NCBI GenBank assembly: GCA_037131675.1
Contig: JBAXQO010000001.1
Location: 25,795-89,794, forward strand
Origin: a bacterium
GTDB taxonomy: Bacteria > Patescibacteriota > Minisyncoccia > Phycocordibacterales > CAIZIN01
Direction: 5' to 3'
DNA: 64,000 nucleotides
Position numbers and translations under genes: made by a program. Below are positions 1 through 9,043 of the stretch, in pieces (position 1 is the stretch's first letter; each line of letters begins with the position of its first letter). The notes below the pieces were generated by a model. The model did no database searches. It saw only the letters and a list, made by a program, of their open reading frames with translations, and had not been told where the DNA came from.

Positions 1-1
1 A

Positions 2-973
2 CTTGTAAATAACGAGTCAGAGATTCTTATTGCTTCAAATAACAATAAAAATAATCCTGATGTGTGTTTTCTTGTTCATGTGGATGTAGTGGCAGGTAGA
101 CCAGATCAATTTTCAATTAAAGTTAAAGACAATGTTGCTTATGGGCGAGGAGTGAGCGACATGAAATTTTCTATCCCTATTGGTTATTCCCTTTTGAATG
201 AAATGATTGAACAAAAAAGTAAATTGACCTTCTCATTAATAGTAACTTCTGATGAAGAGACAGGTGGTTTTAATGGTGCTCAATTTTTGGCAAAAAAATA
301 TGGTTTGAAACCAAAAATATTAATAGTACCTGATGGTGGTGATGATCTTATCTTTGTAAATAAATCAAAAGGAGTCTGCCAACTTCAAATCACTTCTTGT
401 GGTCGACCAGCTCACTCGTCTAGAATTTGGGAAGGGAGAAATGCAGTCGAACCAATCATCAGGTTATGTAATGAGCTGCTTAAGAGGTATGGTCAAAATA
501 ATAAAAAAGAGACATGGAATACTACCTTCAACATAAGTAAAATCAATGGGGGTATATCAACTAATCAAGTATGTGACAAAGCAGAGGTATCATTTGATTT
601 TCGTTTTCCAGAAGATACTTCATACAAAGAGATTAAAAATGAAGTATCTATAATTGCGAAGGAAATAAGTAGTGACTTATCTGTTAAATTACTTTCCTAC
701 GGTAACCCAACTTTTGTGGAAGAGAAAAATGAGACAGTTATCTTGTTTGTCAAGGCATTTGTTGAAAATTTTAAAAAACAGATAAAAATTGCAGGTACCC
801 ATGGAGCTTCGGATGCTCGTCACTTTACCTCATTAAATATCCCTATTTTAATGATTAAGCCTATAGGCGGAGATATACACGGTGAAAATGAACATATAAA
901 TATTGATTCATGCATCACCTACTACTCAGCTCTTAAAAGTTTTATGAGAAAACTTGAGTATCCTGAGAATTAA
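2..973 (+). CDS. M20/M25/M40 family metallo-hydrolase (ArgE/DapE-like deacylase), 5' end cut by window edge
   Basis: Motifs HVDVV, GRGVSDMK, SDEETGG, GASDAR, HGENE; frame is open from base 2. Confidence 0.85.
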   Translation, partial: LVNNESEILIASNNNKNNPDVCFLVHVDVVAGRPDQFSIKVKDNVAYGRGVSDMKFSIPIGYSLLNEMIEQKSKLTFSLIVTSDEETGGFNGAQFLAKKYGLKPKILIVPDGGDDLIFVNKSKGVCQLQITSCGRPAHSSRIWEGRNAVEPIIRLCNELLKRYGQNNKKETWNTTFNISKINGGISTNQVCDKAEVSFDFRFPEDTSYKEIKNEVSIIAKEISSDLSVKLLSYGNPTFVEEKNETVILFVKAFVENFKKQIKIAGTHGASDARHFTSLNIPILMIKPIGGDIHGENEHINIDSCITYYSALKSFMRKLEYPEN

Positions 974-2637
974 AATAGCGACTTGAGAAATTCAGTCTTT
1001 CTTTGACCTCCCAACATTGAATAAACATAACCTAAAATTTCACCAATATCAGCATTTTCAATATCAATATAGTTTCTATCTGTTGCAATTAAACCACTTG
1101 CCCCATCCTTCTTTGACTCTGTTAGTATTTTTTTAATGATGGACTGCCAGTACTTAATATTCTTTTCACGCAAATCGATCCATCCACTATTAGCCCAAAG
1201 ATCAATATTTTTAGTACTAATAATATTTTCCTCCTTTATGTTTGGAACATAGAAGTACTCACCCGCTGTTACATGATCATCATTGAAAATAATAGGTAGT
1301 CCCAGAGATACAATTTGTGAACGTACTTGCTGATTGTCTTCTAAGAATTTATTTATTTTTTTAACTAAAGCACCACTTGAGGATTTAACAAGTACTGACA
1401 GAGATTTCTGACTACAAGCTAACATTAAATATATTTCGAAAAGATGTTTTGAAACTGTTGGACCGAGGTTGTTTGTTGCAATGCTAGGAATTGAATTTTT
1501 TACTTCTAGACCAGTAAGTCTATCAAGAATGATACGTCTTTGAATTCCACCTAAATGTGATGGTCCAAGTGCTACTAAGTCCATTGCAGTAAGTAGATCA
1601 TGTCTAGTTGATCCTATTGCCATTTCAATACAGGCTTGAGCAACTTCCTCCCTAGTCACACACTCCATTTGCCCCAACGCTGTTATAGCAGTCATTTCAC
1701 CTAAGCTATAAGCACAGTTTTCACCTGAATCAACGTAGGGCATTTCCATAAAAGTAGAAATTTGTTCACATTTGCCCGGAACAAAAACTTCACCAGATAC
1801 CAATTTAGTTTTTGTCTTAGAATCAACTAGAGGTATACCCCTACCATGAGAACGAAATTGACCAAAACCGACTCCTTGCCAACCAACAAGAGCAGCTGGA
1901 ACAACTACTTTTACGTTAATTCCTGGAGTGTGGGATAGGCCCCAAAATAATTGATGAATAACTCCAGCAGCAGCAACCTTACCCAGAATCCCAGAAGACA
2001 TACCGGGTTCATTTACATCACCGTGTGTATAAAAAAGATTATCACCCATACCACCCAAGCCAGTTGTAGATACTTTTACATAACACTTAACCTTAAAATC
2101 AAGCAAACTCTTTTTAAGAGCTTGAGTGAAGCGAATTAAACTAGGAACAATATTAGAAACAAGAAGGTTTTCTGTTGAATCACACCAGTCTTGTTTCTTA
2201 TCTCCCTTGTTTAAAATTCTTCTTGGAAGAGAATATGGATCATCCTGATAACCAACAACTGTTGCTGTATTAATACCATCAAAGATATAGTCTGGTTTCC
2301 ATTTTTTAACTAAGTAATACAAAGATGATTCTTTGATTAAGTCATCACTCAAATACGAGTAATAATATCTTATTAGTTCTTTTCTATTCTCGGACACATG
2401 AAGCTCATCACGATTAAGATTCATTAATTTCTTAGTAACTAGAGCATTACCCCATGAAATTTGAATATCAATGTTGCAATCTCCTAAATTTGCTTGAATA
2501 TTTTTAAATACCACTACAGCTTCTTTTTTAGTTAAAGTATGTAGGATAATTCTTTTAGGATTATTTTTAATTGATTTAAGAGCACAAGCTTCTCCAATTT
2601 GGCCAGCCCCTAGAATAAGTATAGTTTTATTTCTCAT
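970..2637 (-). CDS. Large Rossmann-fold (short-chain dehydrogenase-like) protein of unknown substrate
   Basis: N-terminal ILGAGQIG dinucleotide-binding motif; 555 aa; overlaps the upstream trpS by 11 nt. Confidence 0.6.
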   Translation of the reverse strand: MRNKTILILGAGQIGEACALKSIKNNPKRIILHTLTKKEAVVVFKNIQANLGDCNIDIQISWGNALVTKKLMNLNRDELHVSENRKELIRYYYSYLSDDLIKESSLYYLVKKWKPDYIFDGINTATVVGYQDDPYSLPRRILNKGDKKQDWCDSTENLLVSNIVPSLIRFTQALKKSLLDFKVKCYVKVSTTGLGGMGDNLFYTHGDVNEPGMSSGILGKVAAAGVIHQLFWGLSHTPGINVKVVVPAALVGWQGVGFGQFRSHGRGIPLVDSKTKTKLVSGEVFVPGKCEQISTFMEMPYVDSGENCAYSLGEMTAITALGQMECVTREEVAQACIEMAIGSTRHDLLTAMDLVALGPSHLGGIQRRIILDRLTGLEVKNSIPSIATNNLGPTVSKHLFEIYLMLACSQKSLSVLVKSSSGALVKKINKFLEDNQQVRSQIVSLGLPIIFNDDHVTAGEYFYVPNIKEENIISTKNIDLWANSGWIDLREKNIKYWQSIIKKILTESKKDGASGLIATDRNYIDIENADIGEILGYVYSMLGGQRKTEFLKSLF

Positions 2638-3670
2638 AAAATGTTTTTTTTATGTTATCCACACTCTCATAGTCTGTGATTTTCATAGCATTTCTAACCT
2701 CCTTCATTGTAACAGATGCTAACTTTTGAGCCCTATTAGTACCCTCTAGTAAAGCCTCACGTACAGCTTCTGGATGAGCCTGGAAATAAGCTCTTCTCTC
2801 TCTAATCGGCGTCAAAAATGTATTTAAGACTTCAGATAAGATTTTTTTAAGTTCCCCATCACCAATTTTACCTTCCTTATATTTCTTTTTAAGGTCTTCC
2901 AATTCGGTGCTGTTTTTATGAAAAGCATCTAAGTAACTAAAAACAACATTGCCCTCGATATGTCCTGGATCTGTTGCTTTTAATCTTGTCGGGTCAGTAT
3001 ACATACTCTTTACCTTTCTATTTACCTCTTCTTCTGAATCAGATAAGTAAATACAATTATTCAAACTCTTACTTGCTTTGGCCTTACCATCAATACCAAT
3101 TAATCTAGGTATACGTCCAACCAGAGCCTGAGGTTCTTTAAAGACACTTCCGTAAACATTATTAAATTTACGGACAATTTCTCGTGTCAATTCAATATGT
3201 GGTAATTGGTCTTCTCCTACGGGCACAAGATCAGCCTGAGGTAGTAATATATCCGCAGCCTGAGAAACAGGATAATTATAAAATCCAAGAGAAACATCAC
3301 TTTTCTTTTGTTGAATAATTTCTGCCTTAAGCGTTGGATTTCGATCCACTAAAGAAATAGGAACAAACATACTCAATAACATAAATAGTTCGGCGTGTTC
3401 TGGAACATAACTCTGTATAACAAAAGAACATTTTTTTGGGTCTAATCCTACAGATAACCAGTCTAAGGTAACACTAATAACTGATTTTCTAATTCTATCT
3501 GTTTCACCTAGGTGATCACCTAAGGCTTGATAATCAGAAATTAGAAAAAAGCACTCATACTCATCTTGTAATTTTAGCCAATTTTCTAAAGCACCAACGT
3601 AGTGACCTAAATGAAGTGGTCCGGTTGGGCGTACCCCTGTTAAAATTCTTTTTTTAGGTTTATTCTCCAT
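2627..3670 (-). CDS. trpS: Tryptophan--tRNA ligase (paralog 1)
   Basis: TGVRPTGPLHLGH (HIGH), YPVSQAADIL, VPVGEDQLPHIE, KASKS (KMSKS variant), PGHIEGNVVF. Confidence 0.95.
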   Translation of the reverse strand: MENKPKKRILTGVRPTGPLHLGHYVGALENWLKLQDEYECFFLISDYQALGDHLGETDRIRKSVISVTLDWLSVGLDPKKCSFVIQSYVPEHAELFMLLSMFVPISLVDRNPTLKAEIIQQKKSDVSLGFYNYPVSQAADILLPQADLVPVGEDQLPHIELTREIVRKFNNVYGSVFKEPQALVGRIPRLIGIDGKAKASKSLNNCIYLSDSEEEVNRKVKSMYTDPTRLKATDPGHIEGNVVFSYLDAFHKNSTELEDLKKKYKEGKIGDGELKKILSEVLNTFLTPIRERRAYFQAHPEAVREALLEGTNRAQKLASVTMKEVRNAMKITDYESVDNIKKTFYEK

Positions 3671-3679
3671 GTGGAAAAT

Positions 3680-3763
3680 AGTATACCATACTTAGTCAAG
3701 CCAAACACGTTGACAAGTTAGGTCTCACCTGTATACTCAAATAAGCTTATTGCACATTAACAG
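3680..3763. promoter_or_regulatory. Divergent sigma70-type promoters of the two trpS genes, with a boxA-like motif
   Basis: Plus strand: TTGACA(3710)-16 nt-TATACT(3732), then TGCACATTAACAG(3751). Minus strand: TGG-TATACT (3680-3688), 9 nt before the trpS1 ATG. Confidence 0.65.
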
Positions 3764-3801
3764 TTGGTGTTAGTCAAATACAAAAAAAGGAACACGAGAT
3801 T

Positions 3802-4809
3802 ATGAAAAAACGGATTCTAACAGGAGATCGACCTACGGGAAGGCTCCACATTGGCCATTTGGTTGGAACGCTTCAAAATCGCGTTCGACTTCAGGACGAA
3901 TATGAGTGCTTCTTCGTTATTGCCGATCTACAGGTCCTCACGGACCACATTGATCTTCACAGCAACATCGAAGCAAACATTTTCGAGGTGATGTGTGACT
4001 ATTTGAGTGTTGGATTGAAACCTGAAAATTGTTTCTTTATCCAATCACAAGTACCAGAACTTTGTGAACTGACCATGTATTTTTCCTTCCTGGTTTCTCT
4101 TGCTAGTGTACAGAGAAACCCAACGGTGAAAAGCGAGGCAGAAATGTATGGCGTGTCACAAATGAGTTTGGGCTTTGTTAGCTACCCTGTTTCTCAGGCC
4201 GCTGACATTCTTGCCTTTAATGCAGATTTAGTTCCTGTTGGACAGGATCAACTTCCGCATATTGAGCAAGCTCGAGAAGTCGCAAGAACTTTTAACAGAA
4301 CCTTCGGTAAGAAGATTTTCAATCTTCCTGAGGCGCTGGTTGGAGAGATACCTGTCTTATCAGGCACCAAAGGAGATCAGAAAATGAGCAAGAGTTTGAA
4401 TAATCAGATTGACCTTGCTCACTCTGGAGAAGAAACTTCGCTCAGAATCGGGAAGATGGTGACAGATGTTCAGCGTGTTTTTCGTAAAGATGTTGGACAC
4501 CCTGACAGTTGCCAAGCTTTTAAATACTGGTCCATCTTTGCCCCCGAAGCAACTCAACAAGTTCGTTTTGAGTGTGAGGGTGCAATGCGTGGCTGCAAGG
4601 AATGCAAAGCACAACTGGCAGATAAAATGAACACCTATCTTGGCGAGATCCGTGAGAAAAGGAAATACTATGCTTCCAAACCAAACCTTGTCTGGGAGAT
4701 TCTAGCTAGTGGTACCAAGCGAGCTCGTCAGGTTGCAAAACAAACCTTGATGGAAGTGAGAGAATCTATGCATCTTTCGTTTCCGCTCCTCAAACTGCCT
4801 TCTGACTAA
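3802..4809 (+). CDS. trpS: Tryptophan--tRNA ligase (paralog 2, four-Cys putative Fe-S type)
   Basis: TGDRPTGRLHIGH, YPVSQAADIL, VPVGQDQLPHIE, KMSKS, C-x20-C-x6-C-x2-C near the C-terminus. Confidence 0.95.
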   Translation: MKKRILTGDRPTGRLHIGHLVGTLQNRVRLQDEYECFFVIADLQVLTDHIDLHSNIEANIFEVMCDYLSVGLKPENCFFIQSQVPELCELTMYFSFLVSLASVQRNPTVKSEAEMYGVSQMSLGFVSYPVSQAADILAFNADLVPVGQDQLPHIEQAREVARTFNRTFGKKIFNLPEALVGEIPVLSGTKGDQKMSKSLNNQIDLAHSGEETSLRIGKMVTDVQRVFRKDVGHPDSCQAFKYWSIFAPEATQQVRFECEGAMRGCKECKAQLADKMNTYLGEIREKRKYYASKPNLVWEILASGTKRARQVAKQTLMEVRESMHLSFPLLKLPSD

Positions 4810-4827
4810 GATGTAAGACTAGTAATA

Positions 4828-4868
4828 AAAATCACCCAAGTGCTTCAGAGCTTTGGGTGATTTTCTTT
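4828..4868 (+). terminator. Intrinsic terminator after trpS2
   Basis: AAAATCACCCAAG...CTTTGGGTGATTTT hairpin with a T tract. Confidence 0.7.
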
Positions 4869-5003
4869 AAATAACTATACTGTATAATAATATAACCAAA
4901 TGTTATGAAAATACAGATCACCACACTTTAATTTAATAAAAGATTTTTATAGTAAAATATTCTTACTTTACTAAATATAATTCCACATATTAAGTATAAT
5001 TAA

Positions 5004-5960
5004 ATGACATGCATGCTAATAAATACCCTTAGTAAACAAAAGAAGCAGACTAAATTTGATTTAAGATTATTAAATTTTATAACAGAAACCATTGGACCCA
5101 AATTTGAAATTAGTAAGGTGTATGGTGGACTTGTACACGATGTATATAAAATTCATAATAAAAATACATATCATTATCTTAAACTAAGAGGAAGTTACTT
5201 TTCAATGATCCCAAACATAGTCATAAACCCCAAAGATATAAAATATGAAAAAAAGGCTTTAGAAATTTTCTCCAAATTATTACCGGATATTTTCCCTACA
5301 ATAATTGCCTTTAACGAGGAACTATCTGCGATTATTTTGAGCGATATCAACCCTTCTGGGTACACATTAGAACTTTTATTTAACCAACAAAAAGTCAATG
5401 TACTTATTATGGAAAAAATTGGAATAGCCTTAGGTAGAACTCATTTTTACTTGAGAACAATTACCGATTCAATCCGTCCAGATGACGACAAAAATTATTA
5501 TGAATCAAATTTTTGTGATAGATTTTTAAAGTTTAACTATCCAATCGCGAATATTTGCGCGAAAAAACTAGTTTCGGATCTCAAAAAAATTCCCAGACAA
5601 CTTATTTTATCAGACCTGTCTCCTAAGAATATAGGTATTAGTGAGGATAATAAAATTAGTTTTTTTGATTTAGAATGTGTACATAAAGGAAATACAATCT
5701 TTGATTTAGGGTTTTTGTTAGGACATATTACTTTACACTCAAAAAACAATTCAAATGTTCTTATTAAAAGTCTATTACAGGGCTATATGATGTCTATAAA
5801 TGATTCCATTGACTCTAAAATGTTAGAAAAAATTATGGGCATTACTATTTTATATAGATTATGTAATGAAATTATACCTTATCCATTACCTATTTCTGAT
5901 GCAGAAAAAAAGGCCCTAATTGAAAAAGCTTGTTGTTTATTAAATATAGATAAAAAATAG
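5004..5960 (+). CDS. Aminoglycoside-phosphotransferase / methylthioribose-kinase-like small-molecule kinase
   Basis: GGLVHDVY loop, YLKLR, SDLSPKNI catalytic loop, FFDLE, FDLGFLLGH. Confidence 0.7.
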   Translation: MTCMLINTLSKQKKQTKFDLRLLNFITETIGPKFEISKVYGGLVHDVYKIHNKNTYHYLKLRGSYFSMIPNIVINPKDIKYEKKALEIFSKLLPDIFPTIIAFNEELSAIILSDINPSGYTLELLFNQQKVNVLIMEKIGIALGRTHFYLRTITDSIRPDDDKNYYESNFCDRFLKFNYPIANICAKKLVSDLKKIPRQLILSDLSPKNIGISEDNKISFFDLECVHKGNTIFDLGFLLGHITLHSKNNSNVLIKSLLQGYMMSINDSIDSKMLEKIMGITILYRLCNEIIPYPLPISDAEKKALIEKACCLLNIDKK

Positions 5961-5994
5961 GGGTTTTTAATTATTACGTTAAAAACCCCTATTT
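5955..5994. terminator. Bidirectional terminator between convergent genes
   Basis: 16-bp inverted repeat AAATAGGGGTTTTTAA / TTAAAAACCCCTATTT. Confidence 0.75.
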
Positions 5995-6001
5995 GAATTT
6001 C

Positions 6002-6712
6002 TTAATTCTCCCCAATAAACAAAAAGCCATTGTGGGTAGAACCATCCTCAACACTGAGTGCTGTTTCGAACCATTGGTTTACAGTTTTAATACGAGAACA
6101 GGGAATCTTATCGTATAAACACTTCTCATACAACCCTGTTACAACAAATGAATTCAGGTCGATATTCCCAGATCGACCAAAGGTAAGTTTTGTACCCAAC
6201 TTCCTAAGATCCATTGGAACCTCTGGATTTTTTGGGTTAGGGTAGACTTTGGTGCGCAAACCTTCCAACAAACAAAACATGATTGGATTTTGAGTCGTGA
6301 ATGCAATCATGCGCAAGTTTGCTTTACTAGAAAGTGTATGAGCAAGTTTTCTGCCAACACCTCGACATTTATAATTCTGAGCAGTTGCAATTCCATGAAG
6401 ATAGAAAACTCCTTCTTCAGGAAAAACCTTCGATGAAGCGAAGCCTAAAATCTGACCATGGTCATGAAGAAAGGCTATTGAACCCGCATCAACTACATGA
6501 TTTCTAACACCGTCATCGGTATCATTATCGAGATCTGCTCCAAAACTTTCAGCTGTGATTTTTTTGAGATCTACAATCAAACGATCTACAACCTCAGCAT
6601 TCACAGAATCAGTCAATATCAATCTTGGATTGTCCAACACGGAAATGGTTGCCCCTTCCCAATCAACAGACCAAACATTCTGTTTGGAAAGAAAATCGCT
6701 AAATGTTTGCAT
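6002..6712 (-). CDS. GNAT-family N-acetyltransferase
   Basis: YLHGIATAQNYKCRGVGRKL acetyl-CoA motif A; AGGAGG Shine-Dalgarno at 6723-6728. Confidence 0.7.
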   Translation of the reverse strand: MQTFSDFLSKQNVWSVDWEGATISVLDNPRLILTDSVNAEVVDRLIVDLKKITAESFGADLDNDTDDGVRNHVVDAGSIAFLHDHGQILGFASSKVFPEEGVFYLHGIATAQNYKCRGVGRKLAHTLSSKANLRMIAFTTQNPIMFCLLEGLRTKVYPNPKNPEVPMDLRKLGTKLTFGRSGNIDLNSFVVTGLYEKCLYDKIPCSRIKTVNQWFETALSVEDGSTHNGFLFIGEN

Positions 6713-6792
6713 AATTTTATTACCTCCTATTTTAAAGATCGTTAAAACAAAATTCTATTCTGTATAGTACATATAAAAAGAAAGAAGTCAAT

Positions 6793-6821
6793 TTTACTTT
6801 TAAATTAAATAGTGCTAGTAT
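6793..6821 (+). promoter_or_regulatory. Promoter of tRNA-Trp
   Basis: TTTACT-17 nt-TAGTAT with an extended TG. Confidence 0.55.
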
Positions 6822-6837
6822 GAAAAAAGTTAAAAAA

Positions 6838-6910
6838 GGGCGTGTCGGTTAATTGGTTAAACCCATAGTCTCCAAAACTATTACTGTGGGTTCAAGTCCC
6901 ACCACGCTCG
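6838..6910 (+). tRNA. tRNA-Trp (CCA); 3' CCA not encoded
   Basis: Acceptor GGGCGTG/CACGCTC, D stem GGTT/AACC, anticodon arm ATAGT-CTCCAAA-ACTAT, T arm GTGGG-TTCAAGT-CCCAC, discriminator G73. Confidence 0.92.
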
Positions 6911-6981
6911 CGTCCCTTCTAGGTACAGATAAAAGAAAAACCACCCGAACTTTCATTCAGGTGGTTATTTTATTGATTGCT

Positions 6982-8103
6982 TCAGACTTTTTTTCCAGCA
7001 ACAATGATGTATGCCCCTAACCCAGTTTCCGTTTGGACAATAATGTCATCTAGCTCCTGGATAGTTCCAACTGGCTTTATACTTTCAATAATTTCAGTTG
7101 GAAGGATTGAAGTAAGTACAGGGTAAGTATATGATTCCAAAACACAAAGCCGATCTGGAATCATTCCTTTTATCTCACTCAGGGTATATGGCTGAGCAAA
7201 AATTGGGATTAATTCATTACCCAGCCTAACCTCCAAGCAATTTCTTTCCTGATCAATACCTGCAACTAATCCGAGTGGCCAAGGGAAAAAAGTTCTTTGG
7301 GCCCATGCCTCTTTGTTATAGAAAGAGATAAGAAAACGCCCGTGCGGTTTCAACACCCTCCTAATTTCAGAGAAGACAAAACTCAAATTTTGAACATCAC
7401 TCCCAGTGCCATTATTCATGATCAGAAATGAAACGGAACAATCTTCAACTGGGAATCGACTTTCAATGTCATGAACTTCCAGGTTGATATTTTTCAAACC
7501 CTCTTTTGCAACCCCTTTTAGGCCGAACTCAACCATCGCAGGACTTATATCGAACCCTTGGAGCTTTCTGAACCTTTTCGAGAGTCGTCTGATTTCCTTA
7601 CCTGTAGCACAACCTAAATCGAGAGCATATTTTCCATCACAAGATTGAGAGATTATTCTATCAATTACACCATGCTCAAATTTTGTAAGAGCAGCTGTTG
7701 CAGGATGCTCTCTATCATACTCCAAATCATATTTGGGGGCCCACGATTCAGTAAGCCTAATAAGATTAGCCTGAAGCTCTTCGTAAGTAGGGTTAAACTT
7801 CTCAGAAGAATTCCCAAGTCTTAAACTATCGACAATTACCATTTGGTTCTTGCACGACTCCCCAATGACTGGGTACAAAAGTGAGCGAGCAAATTCGGGA
7901 TTTACCCCCTCTTCTTCCGCCCACTTTGAAACTTGATCTAACCGTTCTTTTTCTTTTTGAGAACGATAAAGAGGAGAACCATCCTCAATCTTTATCATTG
8001 CAACTTCCTTTGCCAAACGAACACGCCTGGCCAACAAGTGGACAAAATGCCTATCGACAGATGCTATCTTTTGGCCTAAAATATCAAGTCTATCTTTTTT
8101 CAT
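6982..8103 (-). CDS. Chorismate mutase (AroQ-like) / class I SAM-dependent methyltransferase fusion
   Basis: Likely start MKKDRLD at 8103 with a GGAGG SD; N-terminal VDRHFVHLLARR...IK...ESCKNQ; C-terminal LDLGCATG and RVLKPHGRF. Confidence 0.8.
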   Translation of the reverse strand: MKKDRLDILGQKIASVDRHFVHLLARRVRLAKEVAMIKIEDGSPLYRSQKEKERLDQVSKWAEEEGVNPEFARSLLYPVIGESCKNQMVIVDSLRLGNSSEKFNPTYEELQANLIRLTESWAPKYDLEYDREHPATAALTKFEHGVIDRIISQSCDGKYALDLGCATGKEIRRLSKRFRKLQGFDISPAMVEFGLKGVAKEGLKNINLEVHDIESRFPVEDCSVSFLIMNNGTGSDVQNLSFVFSEIRRVLKPHGRFLISFYNKEAWAQRTFFPWPLGLVAGIDQERNCLEVRLGNELIPIFAQPYTLSEIKGMIPDRLCVLESYTYPVLTSILPTEIIESIKPVGTIQELDDIIVQTETGLGAYIIVAGKKV

Positions 8104-8215
8104 TTTAATGTACCTCCAGTTGACAATACTATTGGTTTGTATTGTTTTGTCAAATAAGAAAAAACCTTGTTCAACAGTTCTGTGTGTACAAGGTTTATAG
8201 ATATTAATATATATC

Positions 8216-8470
8216 CTAACTTTTTTTATTAATATTGAAGTGCGGCTCTGGAATCTCAGACTGACATTTTCCACAGACAATCTTTTCTTCCACTATTTTA
8301 GACGAAATGTATTGGTGGCATTCTTGACACCAAACCAATATCTTTTTGCATGAGGGACAGTGACGTTTCGAAACATCTTTGTCTGGTAAAATAATTCCGG
8401 AAGTACCGAAACCACAACTTAGACAAAAGAAACGAACGCCTATAGGATGTGTTTTTGGTATTGTATTCAT
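8216..8470 (-). CDS. Small multi-CxxC zinc-ribbon protein
   Basis: Four CxxC pairs; own TTGACA-16 nt-TAACAT promoter upstream. Confidence 0.55.
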   Translation of the reverse strand: MNTIPKTHPIGVRFFCLSCGFGTSGIILPDKDVSKRHCPSCKKILVWCQECHQYISSKIVEEKIVCGKCQSEIPEPHFNINKKS

Positions 8471-8613
8471 TTGTTAAATAACTGTTTGGTTATGATGTTA
8501 ACACTCGAAAAATATTTGTCAAAATGCCCCGTCAACATGTTCACATTATACTTTTCTTATTCCAATACATAACTTTACTTGACTAAACCACTACACTTTG
8601 ATAAAGTAGTTGA

Positions 8614-8928
8614 ATGAACTGGGACACGAAAGAAAACAAACGTTTAATTGAAGCAATCTTAGCTCTGGAAACAAGAGCTGAGGCTAAGTTGTTTTTGCGT
8701 GACCTCATGACCGAAGGGGAAATTGAAGAATTTGCAAAACGATTTAAAACAGCTGAAATGCTCGTAGATAAAATCCCCTACTCTATTATCGAAAAAGAGA
8801 CTGGCTTTAGCTCCACAACAGTCGCAAGAGTCTCTAAATGGCTCCGAGGCAAGCAAGGAGGCTACAAAGCGATGATTAACAAATTACATCATCATAACTC
8901 TAACCAAATAAGGAAAGAGTTGTCTTGA
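8614..8928 (+). CDS. YerC/YecD (TrpR-related) repressor with His-His-His tail
   Basis: FLRDLMTEGEI...R..TAEML...PYSIIEKETGFSSTTVARVSKWL helix-turn-helix signature. Confidence 0.9.
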   Translation: MNWDTKENKRLIEAILALETRAEAKLFLRDLMTEGEIEEFAKRFKTAEMLVDKIPYSIIEKETGFSSTTVARVSKWLRGKQGGYKAMINKLHHHNSNQIRKELS

Positions 8929-8990
8929 TTGGATTTTAAATAATAAAGCCAGCCCCTTCCTTATTTGAAATTTGGAGGGGGTTTTGTTTA
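8887..8990 (+). promoter_or_regulatory. Putative His-responsive transcription attenuator
   Basis: CAT CAT CAT codons followed by mutually exclusive helices 8894-8901/8916-8923 and 8905-8915/8957-8967, and terminator 8951-8960/8974-8983 with a T-rich tail. Confidence 0.6.
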
Positions 8991-9043
8991 TCTACCTAGT
9001 ACAAAAATGATAAACATGTAGTTCTTTAAAAGAAAGTTAACAT

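Noticed and set aside
2627-6910. Two TrpRS plus tRNA-Trp as a sign of UGA recoding (code 4 or 25)
   Set aside because: The anticodon is CCA, long genes have no in-frame TGA, and TGA serves as a stop (e.g. 8926-28, 55966-68).
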